This document shows positions 17,129 through 25,686 of a stretch of 64,000 nt of DNA, piece by piece (within the stretch, counting starts at the first letter, position 1; the number at the start of each line of letters is the position of its first letter). The stretch comes from Candidatus Limnocylindrales bacterium (lineage in GTDB: Bacteria; Chloroflexota; Limnocylindria; Limnocylindrales; CSP1-4). The position numbers were made by a program, and so were the translations under genes. A model generated the notes under the pieces. The model saw only the letters and a list, made by a program, of their open reading frames with translations, searched no databases and was not told the origin of the DNA. The stretch is from the NCBI GenBank assembly GCA_038204565.1, contig JBBRCU010000011.1, positions 1,511 through 65,510 on the forward strand. Reading direction: 5' to 3'.

Positions 17129-18199
17129 TTGTCCCGGTGGATCGGCCGCGCGCGGCGAGCCGCGGTCGCCCAGCGGCACCTCGCCGCCGACCGACGTGAC
17201 GCGCCCCGGATCATCGCCGCGGTCGCGTCCGCTCGACCCGAGGCGGCGGGATGGGTCGTCCGAAGCGGACGATCCGCCGAACCGACGATTCTGCTGGTGG
17301 GGCCGCCGGGCGCCGGGCCGGAGGCCCTCATCCGCGTCGCCCACCAGCCGCGCACCGCGGACGGACTCCGTGCGGCGACGGCCGCCTTGACCACCCTTCG
17401 AAGGCATCTTGCTGGCGACCCGGCGGCAGAGCTCCTGCCTGAGCCGATCGGGACGGGCCGGATCGGCGGCCGATCGTGGGCGATGGAGGGCGTCCTTCCA
17501 GGGAGACCGGCCCAGGACATGCTCGAAACGCCCGACGACCGGTTCCGCATGCTCAGTGCGATCAGCACCGCGATCGGCCGTGTTCACGCCGTCACGTCGC
17601 AGACCGTGATCGTCGACGACCGCCTCAGCCGGTGCTGGGTCCGGGACCGAGTCGCGGCGGTCGCCGATATTCTCGACCGCCTGCCCGGACGGTCAAGCAG
17701 CCCGGGCCGACTGGCCGGCCTCGAGTCGGCTTTGACTGCCGAGCTGAGCGGTCGACAGCTCGCGATCGGCTGGATCCACGGCGACCTCTGGCCGGCCAAC
17801 GTCCTGGTCCAGGGTACGGAGCCTGTCGTCAGCGGCATCATCGACTGGGACAGTGCCGCGGCCGACGAGCTCGCGGTCCACGACCTCCTCCATCTCGCCA
17901 TCACGACCCGCCGGCTCATCGAGCGGACAGACCAGGGCGCCGTCCTGGCCGACCTCCTGAGCGGCGGCACGTGGACTCGTGACGACGAGGTCGTCCTTGG
18001 CCCGCCCGGCGCATTGGACTCGGCCGAGCGCGGCGTGGATGCGATGGACGACCGGCGGTTCGGCGGCATCCCGGCCCGGACGGCGGTGTGGTTGTACTGG
18101 CTGCGGTTCGTCGGCTCCAATCTGGCCCGCCATCAAGACCTGGCGACGGATCGTGCCTGGGTGGCGGCGAACGTCACGGCGGTTGCCGCATGCGCCTGA
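17129..18199 (+). CDS. Aminoglycoside/choline-kinase-like phosphotransferase (APH family)
   Basis: Catalytic loop WIHGDLWPANVLV and metal-binding GIIDWD. The start is tentative (TTG 17129, where GC3 rises). The frame is open far upstream across the divergent gene, so the ORF-track start at 15902 is not credible. Confidence 0.65.
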   Translation: MSRWIGRARRAAVAQRHLAADRRDAPRIIAAVASARPEAAGWVVRSGRSAEPTILLVGPPGAGPEALIRVAHQPRTADGLRAATAALTTLRRHLAGDPAAELLPEPIGTGRIGGRSWAMEGVLPGRPAQDMLETPDDRFRMLSAISTAIGRVHAVTSQTVIVDDRLSRCWVRDRVAAVADILDRLPGRSSSPGRLAGLESALTAELSGRQLAIGWIHGDLWPANVLVQGTEPVVSGIIDWDSAAADELAVHDLLHLAITTRRLIERTDQGAVLADLLSGGTWTRDDEVVLGPPGALDSAERGVDAMDDRRFGGIPARTAVWLYWLRFVGSNLARHQDLATDRAWVAANVTAVAACA

Positions 18200-19398
18200 A
18201 CGTGCTCGTCATCGATCGAGCCCCGCCTCTGTCGGCCGTCCAGGGCAGCGAACTGATCGCCCGGAATGTGTTCCCCCTGCTCCGCGCTGGCCACCACCTG
18301 ACGCTCGTGGCCCCGGCCGAGGCCGGCGAACAGGCCGCCGCCCGATCGGCGCTCGCGGAGATGTTCGATGAGGTCCGCCTCATTCCCCGGGCCCATCGGC
18401 CGACCGCACTGGTGGGCTGGCTGGAGCCGCAGCTGGCTCGGCGCGGCGTCCGGACCCGAGGCCGGCTCGACAGCGCGGGAGCCGCTCGGGTCAGCCGGAC
18501 GATCCGCGACGTCCTCGCCGAAGGGCGGATCGACGTGGTCCACGTCCGGCAACTGCCGATGGCCGGCTACGCCACCGACGTCGGCACCCTGCCTCGCCTG
18601 CTCGAGCTCATCGACGCCGAGACGCTCGCCACCCGGCGCGACCCGCGACGCGGCATCCGCGCCGGCGTTCGGCGGATGGTTGCAACCGCGATCGAGCGCC
18701 GCGCGATCCGTTCTTACCCCATCGTCACGGTCGTCGCCGAGGCGGACGCCGCCGCGCTCCGGGCATCCCGTCCGGGGCTCCGCGTCGAGGTCGTCCCGAA
18801 CGGTGTGGACGCCACCCGATTCCAGCCCCGGCCCGACACCACGATCGTCGGGGACTCGGTCGTGTTCGTCGGCGCCATGTCCTTTCCGCCAAACGTTGCC
18901 GCGGTGCGGTGGTTCGTCGAGGCCGTGCTGCCGCGTCTCCGGGATCTGCGGCCCGGGGTCACGTTCACGATCGTCGGTCGCGATCCCACTGAGGCCGTTC
19001 GGGCCCTTGCCGCAGATCCCGCGGTCACGGTCACCGGCAGCGTCGACGACGTCCGACCGTGGCTGGCCGGCTCGGCCGTCGTCGTCGCGCCGATGCGCAG
19101 CGGCAGCGGCATCAAGAACAAGATCCTCGAGGCAATGGCGATGGGTCGGCCGGTCGTCGCGACGGCGATGGCCGCCGAGGGGCTGGCGGGGCAGGCTGGC
19201 CGCGACCTCCTCGTGGCTGATGGCTCCGACGAGTTTGCGCAGGCGGTCGCGGAGCTTCTCGCCGACGATGCCCGGGCCGCGTCGATCGCTGCCGCCGGAC
19301 GCGCCCTGGTCGAGTCGACGTATACGTGGCAGGCGTGCGCGGACCGCTACGCCGCGCTGTACCGCGAGCTCGCCGCCAGCAGGGCCGCGCGACGATGA
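18190..19398 (+). CDS. Family 4 (GT-B) glycosyltransferase
   Basis: MRLNVLVIDRAPP... at the N-terminus and the C-terminal GT1/GT4 signature SGSGIKNKILEAMAMGRPVVAT. ATG 18190 overlaps the end of the upstream gene. Confidence 0.9.
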   Translation: MRLNVLVIDRAPPLSAVQGSELIARNVFPLLRAGHHLTLVAPAEAGEQAAARSALAEMFDEVRLIPRAHRPTALVGWLEPQLARRGVRTRGRLDSAGAARVSRTIRDVLAEGRIDVVHVRQLPMAGYATDVGTLPRLLELIDAETLATRRDPRRGIRAGVRRMVATAIERRAIRSYPIVTVVAEADAAALRASRPGLRVEVVPNGVDATRFQPRPDTTIVGDSVVFVGAMSFPPNVAAVRWFVEAVLPRLRDLRPGVTFTIVGRDPTEAVRALAADPAVTVTGSVDDVRPWLAGSAVVVAPMRSGSGIKNKILEAMAMGRPVVATAMAAEGLAGQAGRDLLVADGSDEFAQAVAELLADDARAASIAAAGRALVESTYTWQACADRYAALYRELAASRAARR

Positions 19399-20726
19399 GC
19401 GACTCCCCGACGGCCACGACCGTTCCGCGCGCTGAGCCGGAGCCGCTGGCCGGCTCGGGGCGACCGCTGCGGCTCGCCTACCTGATGTCGCGCTTTCCGA
19501 AGGCGACCGAGACCTTCATCCTGTACGAGATCCTCGAGCTCGAGCGGCTCGGCCACCGGGTCGAGATCTTTCCGCTGGTCCGGGAGCGCGAGGCCGTCGT
19601 CCAGCCCGGGGCGGCGGACCTGGTCGCCCGTGCTCATGACTTCCGGCCGTGGTCACGGACAGTCCTCGCCGCGCAGCTGCACTGGCTCCGCCGTCGTCCG
19701 CGGCGCTACATGGCGGTCTGGCTGGCTGCCGTCCGCGGCACGATCCGCTCGCCGAAGTTCCTTGTCCGGAGCATGGTTGCGGTGCCGATCGGGGCGGCGA
19801 TCGGGCGCCGCGTCGAGGAGCTTGGTATCGAGCACATCCACGCCCACTGGGCGACCCATCCGGCATTGGCGGCGTACGTTGCCTCGAGGCTGACCGGGCG
19901 GCCGTACAGCTTCACCGCCCACGCTCACGACATCTATGTCGAGCGGGCCATGCTCGACGAGAAGATTCGGGCTGCCCGTTTCGTGGTGACCATCTCGGAG
20001 GCGAACCGGCGTCTGCTCGAGGGCTGGTACGGCGAGCTCGCCGCCGCCCGGACGGTCGTGATCCACTGCGGGGTCGATCTGGCCGTGTTCCACCCGGCTC
20101 CGGCCGCCGCGGGCGCCACGGGTCGTGGCGCCGGTTCGCCGGACCGCCCCCTGGAACTCGTCTGTGTTGCCAGCCTCCAGCCGCAGAAGGGTCAGCGGTT
20201 TCTCGTCGAGGCCTGTCGAGTGCTGCTCGATCGCGGCCGGCGGGTCCATTGCACGCTGATCGGCGAGGGACCCGAACGCCCGGTCCTCGAGGGGCTGATC
20301 CACGATCGCGACCTGGCCCTGATCGTGACCTTCGCCGGGGCGGTCGCCCGGGACCGCGTGGCGGCCCTGGTCGCCGCCGCCGATGTCGTCGTCCAGCCGA
20401 GCGTCATCCTGGCCTCCGGCAAGACCGAGGGGATCCCCGTGGCGCTGATGGAGGCGCTGGCCTCCGAGCGCGCCGTGGTTGCGTCGGCGGTCAGCGGCAT
20501 TCCCGAGCTCGTGATCGACGGCGAGACGGGGCTGCTCGTCACGGCGGGCGATGCCTTCGCCCTGGCCGATGCGATCGAGCGCCTGGCCAACGATGCGGCT
20601 CTCCGGGAGCGGCTCGGACGCGCCGGCCGGGACCGGGTGCACGCGGAATTCGATCTCCGCGTGACCACTGCCGAGCTGTCGCTCCGCTTTGCCGCCTCGG
20701 TCGCCGAGGGTCCCGTCCGGGGCTGA
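19395..20726 (+). CDS. Family 4 (GT-B) glycosyltransferase (WcaL-like N-terminus)
   Basis: LRLAYLMSRFPKATETFILYEI... and KTEGIPVALMEALASERAVVASAVSGIPELV. ATGA overlap with the upstream gene. Confidence 0.9.
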   Translation: MSDSPTATTVPRAEPEPLAGSGRPLRLAYLMSRFPKATETFILYEILELERLGHRVEIFPLVREREAVVQPGAADLVARAHDFRPWSRTVLAAQLHWLRRRPRRYMAVWLAAVRGTIRSPKFLVRSMVAVPIGAAIGRRVEELGIEHIHAHWATHPALAAYVASRLTGRPYSFTAHAHDIYVERAMLDEKIRAARFVVTISEANRRLLEGWYGELAAARTVVIHCGVDLAVFHPAPAAAGATGRGAGSPDRPLELVCVASLQPQKGQRFLVEACRVLLDRGRRVHCTLIGEGPERPVLEGLIHDRDLALIVTFAGAVARDRVAALVAAADVVVQPSVILASGKTEGIPVALMEALASERAVVASAVSGIPELVIDGETGLLVTAGDAFALADAIERLANDAALRERLGRAGRDRVHAEFDLRVTTAELSLRFAASVAEGPVRG

Positions 20727-20766
20727 TCCAGGCGGCATCGGACCGACCTGCCGCCTCGGGCCCCGC

Positions 20767-22416
20767 TCAATCGTCGTTCGGGCGAACGTCCTCCGCTCGA
20801 ACGAGCCGGCCGAGGATCGGGATCCTCGCGAGCTCCGGCAGGGTCTCCTCGATCCGCAGCTCCGAGCGAGTCAGGATGAACACGACGATCGAGACGACCG
20901 CCGCGAGGATGAGCTCGGCGACGAGGACGAGATCGACGTGTCCGAACGGGATGGCCACCGTCGCCGCGCCCCGCAGTGGTCCAAGCGCGGCCTGCGCGAC
21001 GAACAATCCGGCGGCGCCGGCGGCGACCACGACGTAGACCCGCAGGTAGCGCGGGTCGAAGAGGCTGATCCCGGTCGCCCGGTTCAGGCCGACCTGTTTG
21101 AGGACGTTGTGGACGATCAGGGTCGTCGTGGTCCCGATCGCGGCCCCGAGCGGGCCGTACGTCGGGATCAGGATCAGATTGAGGGCCAGGTTGAGGACGG
21201 CCGCCGCGACGTTGATCAGGACGATGGAACGCATTGCCCCGTAGACCCGAAGGGTCAGCCCGTTGAAGCCGAGAGCGGTATTGAAGTAGTAGGCGAAGGA
21301 CAGCATCGCCAGGTAGATCGAGGAGCCCGCATACCGCTCGCCGTACAGGGTCCGGGTGACCTCGCCCGCGAGCGAGAACGTCAGCGCGAAGAGCGGGAAC
21401 GAGATCACCGCCATCCAGATCGCGGTCTGCCAGTACAGGTCCCGGACGCCCTCGCGATCGTTCCGGGCGAAGAGCCGCGCCGCGGCCGGGACGAACAGCA
21501 GGGTGAAGCTCGAGAAGACCAGCTGATTCAGCCCGGCCGCCGGGATCACGACCCGGAACGCGGCCACATCCTCCGCGCCGCGGAACCAGCCGAGCAGGAT
21601 CGCATCGCTGGTATTGAGGACGATGTAGACAAGATCGGTGGTCAGCAAGGGGATCGTGAACAGCACGAGCTCGCGGACCGGCAGCTCGAGGTGGCGGGGC
21701 CGGAACCGCTCCCAGAGACCGCGCACCCGGAGGAGCCGCGCCAACAGGAACCCATAGACCACGATCCCGATGAGGCCGGCGATGACGTAGCCCCACGCCA
21801 GGAATTGCACGCCGGCCTGGCTCAGGACGAGCAGGGTGATCACCGCGAGCTTCAGGCCGGGCGCGACAACGAAGCGGCGGACAAAGATCGAGCTCGGGCT
21901 GGCGAACACGGACAGGACGCCGGTAAGAAGCGAGTCGAACGCCTGGATGGGCGCCAGCACGATCAGGATGACGAGCAGGGTCGCGCCGTTCCCGTCACCG
22001 GCGAGCCCACTCGGCGCGAACGACTGAAGGCCGTCGACGAAGAGGACGACGGCGAGCCCGAGGCCGCCGACTGTCGCCAGGGCGAAGACGAGCGTCCCGA
22101 AGAGCCGGTCGTAGCGCCGCTCCTCGTCGTCGATCGAGAGGAACCGGGTGATCGTCCGGTCCATCCCGAAGGTCGCGATCATCTGGCCGAGGTCGACGAT
22201 CGAGAGGGCGTAGGCAAACGCGCCGTAATCGGTTTTCGTCAGGTAGCGGACGGTCAGCACCTGGACCACGAAGTTGACGGCCATCGCGATCGCCCGGCCG
22301 ACGAGCAGGAGGCTCGAGCCGCGGATCTGGGAGCGGGCGCTCGTCGACGGGGCCCCGCTCGGCGACGCGGCCGTTCGGGCTGGCGGACGGTCCCCGGGAT
22401 CGGCTTCCTCAGTCAC
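20767..22416 (-). CDS. Oligosaccharide/polysaccharide flippase (Wzx, MOP superfamily)
   Basis: About 12-14 TM segments with MOP-flippase-like organisation. The start is uncertain: GTG 22416 overlaps the upstream stop, and ATG 22494 is an alternative. Confidence 0.85.
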   Translation of the reverse strand: MTEEADPGDRPPARTAASPSGAPSTSARSQIRGSSLLLVGRAIAMAVNFVVQVLTVRYLTKTDYGAFAYALSIVDLGQMIATFGMDRTITRFLSIDDEERRYDRLFGTLVFALATVGGLGLAVVLFVDGLQSFAPSGLAGDGNGATLLVILIVLAPIQAFDSLLTGVLSVFASPSSIFVRRFVVAPGLKLAVITLLVLSQAGVQFLAWGYVIAGLIGIVVYGFLLARLLRVRGLWERFRPRHLELPVRELVLFTIPLLTTDLVYIVLNTSDAILLGWFRGAEDVAAFRVVIPAAGLNQLVFSSFTLLFVPAAARLFARNDREGVRDLYWQTAIWMAVISFPLFALTFSLAGEVTRTLYGERYAGSSIYLAMLSFAYYFNTALGFNGLTLRVYGAMRSIVLINVAAAVLNLALNLILIPTYGPLGAAIGTTTTLIVHNVLKQVGLNRATGISLFDPRYLRVYVVVAAGAAGLFVAQAALGPLRGAATVAIPFGHVDLVLVAELILAAVVSIVVFILTRSELRIEETLPELARIPILGRLVRAEDVRPNDD

Positions 22417-23716
22417 GCCCGTCGACCCCGGCGATCCGGCGCCACGTCCGGGCGATTGCGTCACGGCGGACGGCGTCCGGATCGCGCGACGCATCGAGCA
22501 CCTCGGCGGACGGCATCCGGGCGGCCAGCGCGAGATAGCCCCGCCGCTGGAGGTCCAGCGTGGCCACGTCGTGCTCGCCCTTGCGGGCGAACATCACCTC
22601 CGCCGGGGCGTCGAGCACGAGCACGAGCGCGGGATCGGGGATGGCATGCCGCAGGATCCAACGCCGAAGCCGCGCCTTGAGCGACGCCCGGGGCAGGCCG
22701 ACGAGGGCGTCCAGCCCGTGACGGTCATAGACGACGACCCGTCCACGGAGCCGGTGCCACAACCCGACCGTCCAGCCCCGCCAGAGGCTGGTCAGCCGGC
22801 GCGGTCCGCCGAAGCGTCGGACCCCTGCGAGCTTCGCCCCGTACAGACCGAGATAGATCGTTCGGGTCGGGACCAGGAGGCCCGTCGCGAGGGACGCGGC
22901 GAGGGTCGACTTGCCCGATCCATCGGGGCCGAGCACGGCAACGTCGATGCCTCGCCGCCGCAGGGCCGTGTGCGGCTTCCGGAGCCGTTTCGTGACCTCG
23001 TGGACGGCTCGTCGCCGCAGGGCGTCGCCCGCGGTCGTCCGCGCCCAGCGCCGTGCCAGCCTCCGGCCGACGGCCTGGGCGGACGTCATGTCGCCCGTCC
23101 GGATGGACCCAGCCAGCCGAGCGGCCGAGCCGGCTCCCCCAAGCTCGTCGATCCGCCGCCCCAGCGACCCGTCCGGGCCTGCCTGTCGGACGAGCGTCGA
23201 CAGCGCGCGGAGATGGGCCGGCGGGCTGTCCGGGCGATCGAGGAGGTCGTGCAGCAGGAGGACCCAGAACGCATCGTCCGGGGCCAGCCGAGTCACGCTG
23301 CCCGCCTCGACGCGTCGCTCGAGAATGACTTCGGCCATGCTCCCCAGGAGCAGCCAGCCGCCCGGGCCGAACGCGAGCTCGGTGACGACGTCGAGGGTCA
23401 GCCACGTGTCGGACGCCTCGTCATAGGTCCGGAAGAAGCGGTGGCCCCCGTGGCCGATCGCCGCGAGCCGAGCGAACCCGGCCCGTCCGAGGGCCCGGCC
23501 AAGCTTGGCCGCGTCACGCGGATCGACGAGCACGTCGATGTCGCCGTCCGCGCCGTCCGCCGTGCCCCGCAGCAGAGCCCAGCGAACCCCATCGGCGGTG
23601 AGAGCCGCCCACGCCGACCGCACGACGGGGTGCGGCCCGAGCGCCGCGGCTCCATCGTCGTCGGATAGCCCGAGCGGCCTCGATGCATCGTCGTCGTTCA
23701 GCTCATGTCCGGTCAT
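22409..23716 (-). CDS. Fusion protein: uncharacterised nucleotidyltransferase-like N-domain + P-loop (thymidylate/deoxynucleoside-kinase-like) C-domain
   Basis: N-domain GADGDIDVLVDPRDAAKLGRALGRAGF (NTase fold, DxD). C-domain Walker A VAVLGPDGSGKSTLA followed by VVYDRH. ATG 23716 is chosen because upstream residues look non-coding. Confidence 0.6.
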   Translation of the reverse strand: MTGHELNDDDASRPLGLSDDDGAAALGPHPVVRSAWAALTADGVRWALLRGTADGADGDIDVLVDPRDAAKLGRALGRAGFARLAAIGHGGHRFFRTYDEASDTWLTLDVVTELAFGPGGWLLLGSMAEVILERRVEAGSVTRLAPDDAFWVLLLHDLLDRPDSPPAHLRALSTLVRQAGPDGSLGRRIDELGGAGSAARLAGSIRTGDMTSAQAVGRRLARRWARTTAGDALRRRAVHEVTKRLRKPHTALRRRGIDVAVLGPDGSGKSTLAASLATGLLVPTRTIYLGLYGAKLAGVRRFGGPRRLTSLWRGWTVGLWHRLRGRVVVYDRHGLDALVGLPRASLKARLRRWILRHAIPDPALVLVLDAPAEVMFARKGEHDVATLDLQRRGYLALAARMPSAEVLDASRDPDAVRRDAIARTWRRIAGVDGRD

Positions 23717-23813
23717 CGGCGGCCCGCGATCGTGGTCGTCATGCTCCTGCCAGTTCACGGCCTCGCCCTGAATCGGGTCGGCCCGGACGGCGACGATACA
23801 ATGTCGAGCGATC

Positions 23814-24998
23814 GTGTTACCCGACGACGTCACTCCGCGGGCTCGAGATCGGACACGTTCCCGGCCGTTCCGGCGAGGCGGCGCGATCGCGATCGTCCTG
23901 CTCGCAGCGGCCGCGATCGCGATCATCGGCGTCATGTCCCGCGCTTCCGGGCGGGCGATCGTGGCCCCATCCCCACCGCCCGGATCCGTGGCCGCCGGCT
24001 CGTCGAACCCGGCGCCGCCGGCGGACCACGGTTACCTCGGGTCGCTGGCCGAGCTGCGCGACCGGGCCGCCCGCGCGGCTGCCGGACAGGCCCCCGAGGC
24101 TGCCGCCGTGAAGGATCTGCTCGACTGGTCCAGGGGAGCCGTGGACGGCCAGCCCAACCCATCCGAACCCCTCCGGATCGACGGCACCACGGGGCCGTTC
24201 GTCGACGACAGCGCGTCAGCCTACGGCCTCGCCCTCGCCTGGGCTGTCAGCGGCGATCCGCGCGATGCCCTGGCCGCCCGGCGCTACGTGATGGCCTGGG
24301 TGGCCCAGACAAAGACGCTGCTCGGCGCCTGTCCGTCGGATGGAGACTGCCAGACGTCGCTCATCGTGAGCCGGGCAGCCCCCGGGTTCGTGTTCGCCGT
24401 CGACCTCCTCGGGCCGTCGGGCGTCCTGAGTGCCGCCGACGACAGCGAGTTCCGCGACTGGCTCCGAACCGTGATCCTGCCCGCGGCCTCCGAACGAACC
24501 AACAACTGGGGCGACGCCGGCGTATTCCTGCGGGTCGTCGGGTTCGATTTCCTCGGCGACACCGCCGGGTTCGGTCGGGCGGTCGACGCCTGGCGGGCCC
24601 AGCTCGACCTCATCGCGTCCGACGGCCACATTCCCGAGGAGGTCCGGCGCGGCTCGGCCGGCCTGTCGTATACCCAGGAGGCACTGATGTACAAGGTCGC
24701 GGTGGCCAGGATCGCCGAGCGCCGCGGCATTGACCTGTGGTCGTACGTCGGGGCGGGCGGCGGAACCGTGCGGAAGGCAGTCGACCTCGCCGCCCGCTAC
24801 GAACAGGATCCGACCGGCTGGCCCTGGGCCCAGGGAGTCGATGTCCCGGCGCCTGCGCCGCTCTGGGAGCTCGTCTATGAGCACTGGCCCGAGTCGACGT
24901 TTGCGGTCGTCCTTGCTGCCGGCCGCCCATTCGGCTCGGCCGGCCATTCGGCCGTGCGCTGGACCACCCTCACCAACGGCATCGCCTTCGGGTCCTGA
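23814..24998 (+). CDS. Alginate-lyase-family protein (third, more divergent paralog), membrane-anchored/secreted
   Basis: GTG start, N-terminal TM (AIAIVLLAAAAIAIIGV), then a helical repeat region with SERTNNWGDAGVFLRVVGFDFLGD. This matches the NNWG...LGD motif of the other two lyase-like genes. Confidence 0.65.
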   Translation: MLPDDVTPRARDRTRSRPFRRGGAIAIVLLAAAAIAIIGVMSRASGRAIVAPSPPPGSVAAGSSNPAPPADHGYLGSLAELRDRAARAAAGQAPEAAAVKDLLDWSRGAVDGQPNPSEPLRIDGTTGPFVDDSASAYGLALAWAVSGDPRDALAARRYVMAWVAQTKTLLGACPSDGDCQTSLIVSRAAPGFVFAVDLLGPSGVLSAADDSEFRDWLRTVILPAASERTNNWGDAGVFLRVVGFDFLGDTAGFGRAVDAWRAQLDLIASDGHIPEEVRRGSAGLSYTQEALMYKVAVARIAERRGIDLWSYVGAGGGTVRKAVDLAARYEQDPTGWPWAQGVDVPAPAPLWELVYEHWPESTFAVVLAAGRPFGSAGHSAVRWTTLTNGIAFGS

Positions 24999-25082
24999 GC
25001 GCGGGTCGCGATGGCGCCCGGCGGCCGGCGTCCCGGTCCGGCGCCCACCAGGGCATCCGCCTTCTCATCGAGTCGGTCGCGG

Positions 25083-25412
25083 CTAGCGCCGGGCAGACCC
25101 GGTGGACCAGGCGATGACGGCGACGCAGCCAACGACCACCACCACGATGAGCCAGATGAACGGCTCTGCCTGATCGGGGACGAGGTCCGTCCGCGGGACC
25201 AGGACGATCACCGCGCCGAGGATGCCCGGCACGATTCCGAGCATCGCTCCGACCGCGTTCGGCCGGTCCATCAGGTGGGCGCGGCTTCGGACGAACCAGA
25301 CGACGAGGATCGTGAGCGAGCCTGCCGCGATGAGCGCCAGTTCGATTTGCTGCACCGGGTCGATGGTAGCCGCGGCGCCGGCTCGACCGCGGGCGTTGGT
25401 GCCACCCCGCAA
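25083..25412 (-). CDS. Small integral membrane protein (3 predicted TM segments)
   Basis: High GC3 and three hydrophobic stretches (LALIAAGSLTILVVWFV; GAMLGIVPGILGAVIVLV; FIWLIVVVVVGCVAVIAW). The start is uncertain; the track start is TTG. Confidence 0.5.
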   Translation of the reverse strand: MRGGTNARGRAGAAATIDPVQQIELALIAAGSLTILVVWFVRSRAHLMDRPNAVGAMLGIVPGILGAVIVLVPRTDLVPDQAEPFIWLIVVVVVGCVAVIAWSTGSARR

Positions 25413-25686
25413 CGAGAACTGCGCCCAGAACCGGGCCCTCGCTCTCGAGGCCCTTTGAGTCCGGGCTCCGAGGCGCTACCCTTCGCGACATTCAGCCTAT
25501 TCCGGAGCGCGCGCAGGACGCCCCGGAGGATCTCGACGAGACAACCGAATCGCTGTTCGTCCATCGCCCGCACTCATCCCGATCATCAGACACCACCGGA
25601 CAGACAGCGGCAGGCCTCTCGAGTTCAATCACGGACCGCGGCGTTCCCGGCGACCCTGGGGGGGGCGGTCCCATGGAGGATTCGTC

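Noticed and set aside
16841-17587. Upstream extensions of 15167-17587(-) and 15902-18199(+), which would overlap each other across the divergent intergenic region.
   Set aside because: Wzz-type proteins start just before TM1, here at GTG 16840 with a GGGGAG RBS. In the APH-like frame GC3 only rises from about 17129. The overlapping extensions are low-complexity Arg/Pro sequence.
25413-25573. Possible small minus-strand ORF (MDEQRFGCLVEILRGVLRALRNRLNVAKG...) upstream of the membrane-protein gene 25083-25412. It could also be a frameshifted N-terminus of that gene.
   Set aside because: Only about 35 codons show coding-like GC3 before the frame degenerates into Ser/Arg/Pro sequence overlapping the real gene. 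There is no recognisable RBS or family, so support is insufficient.
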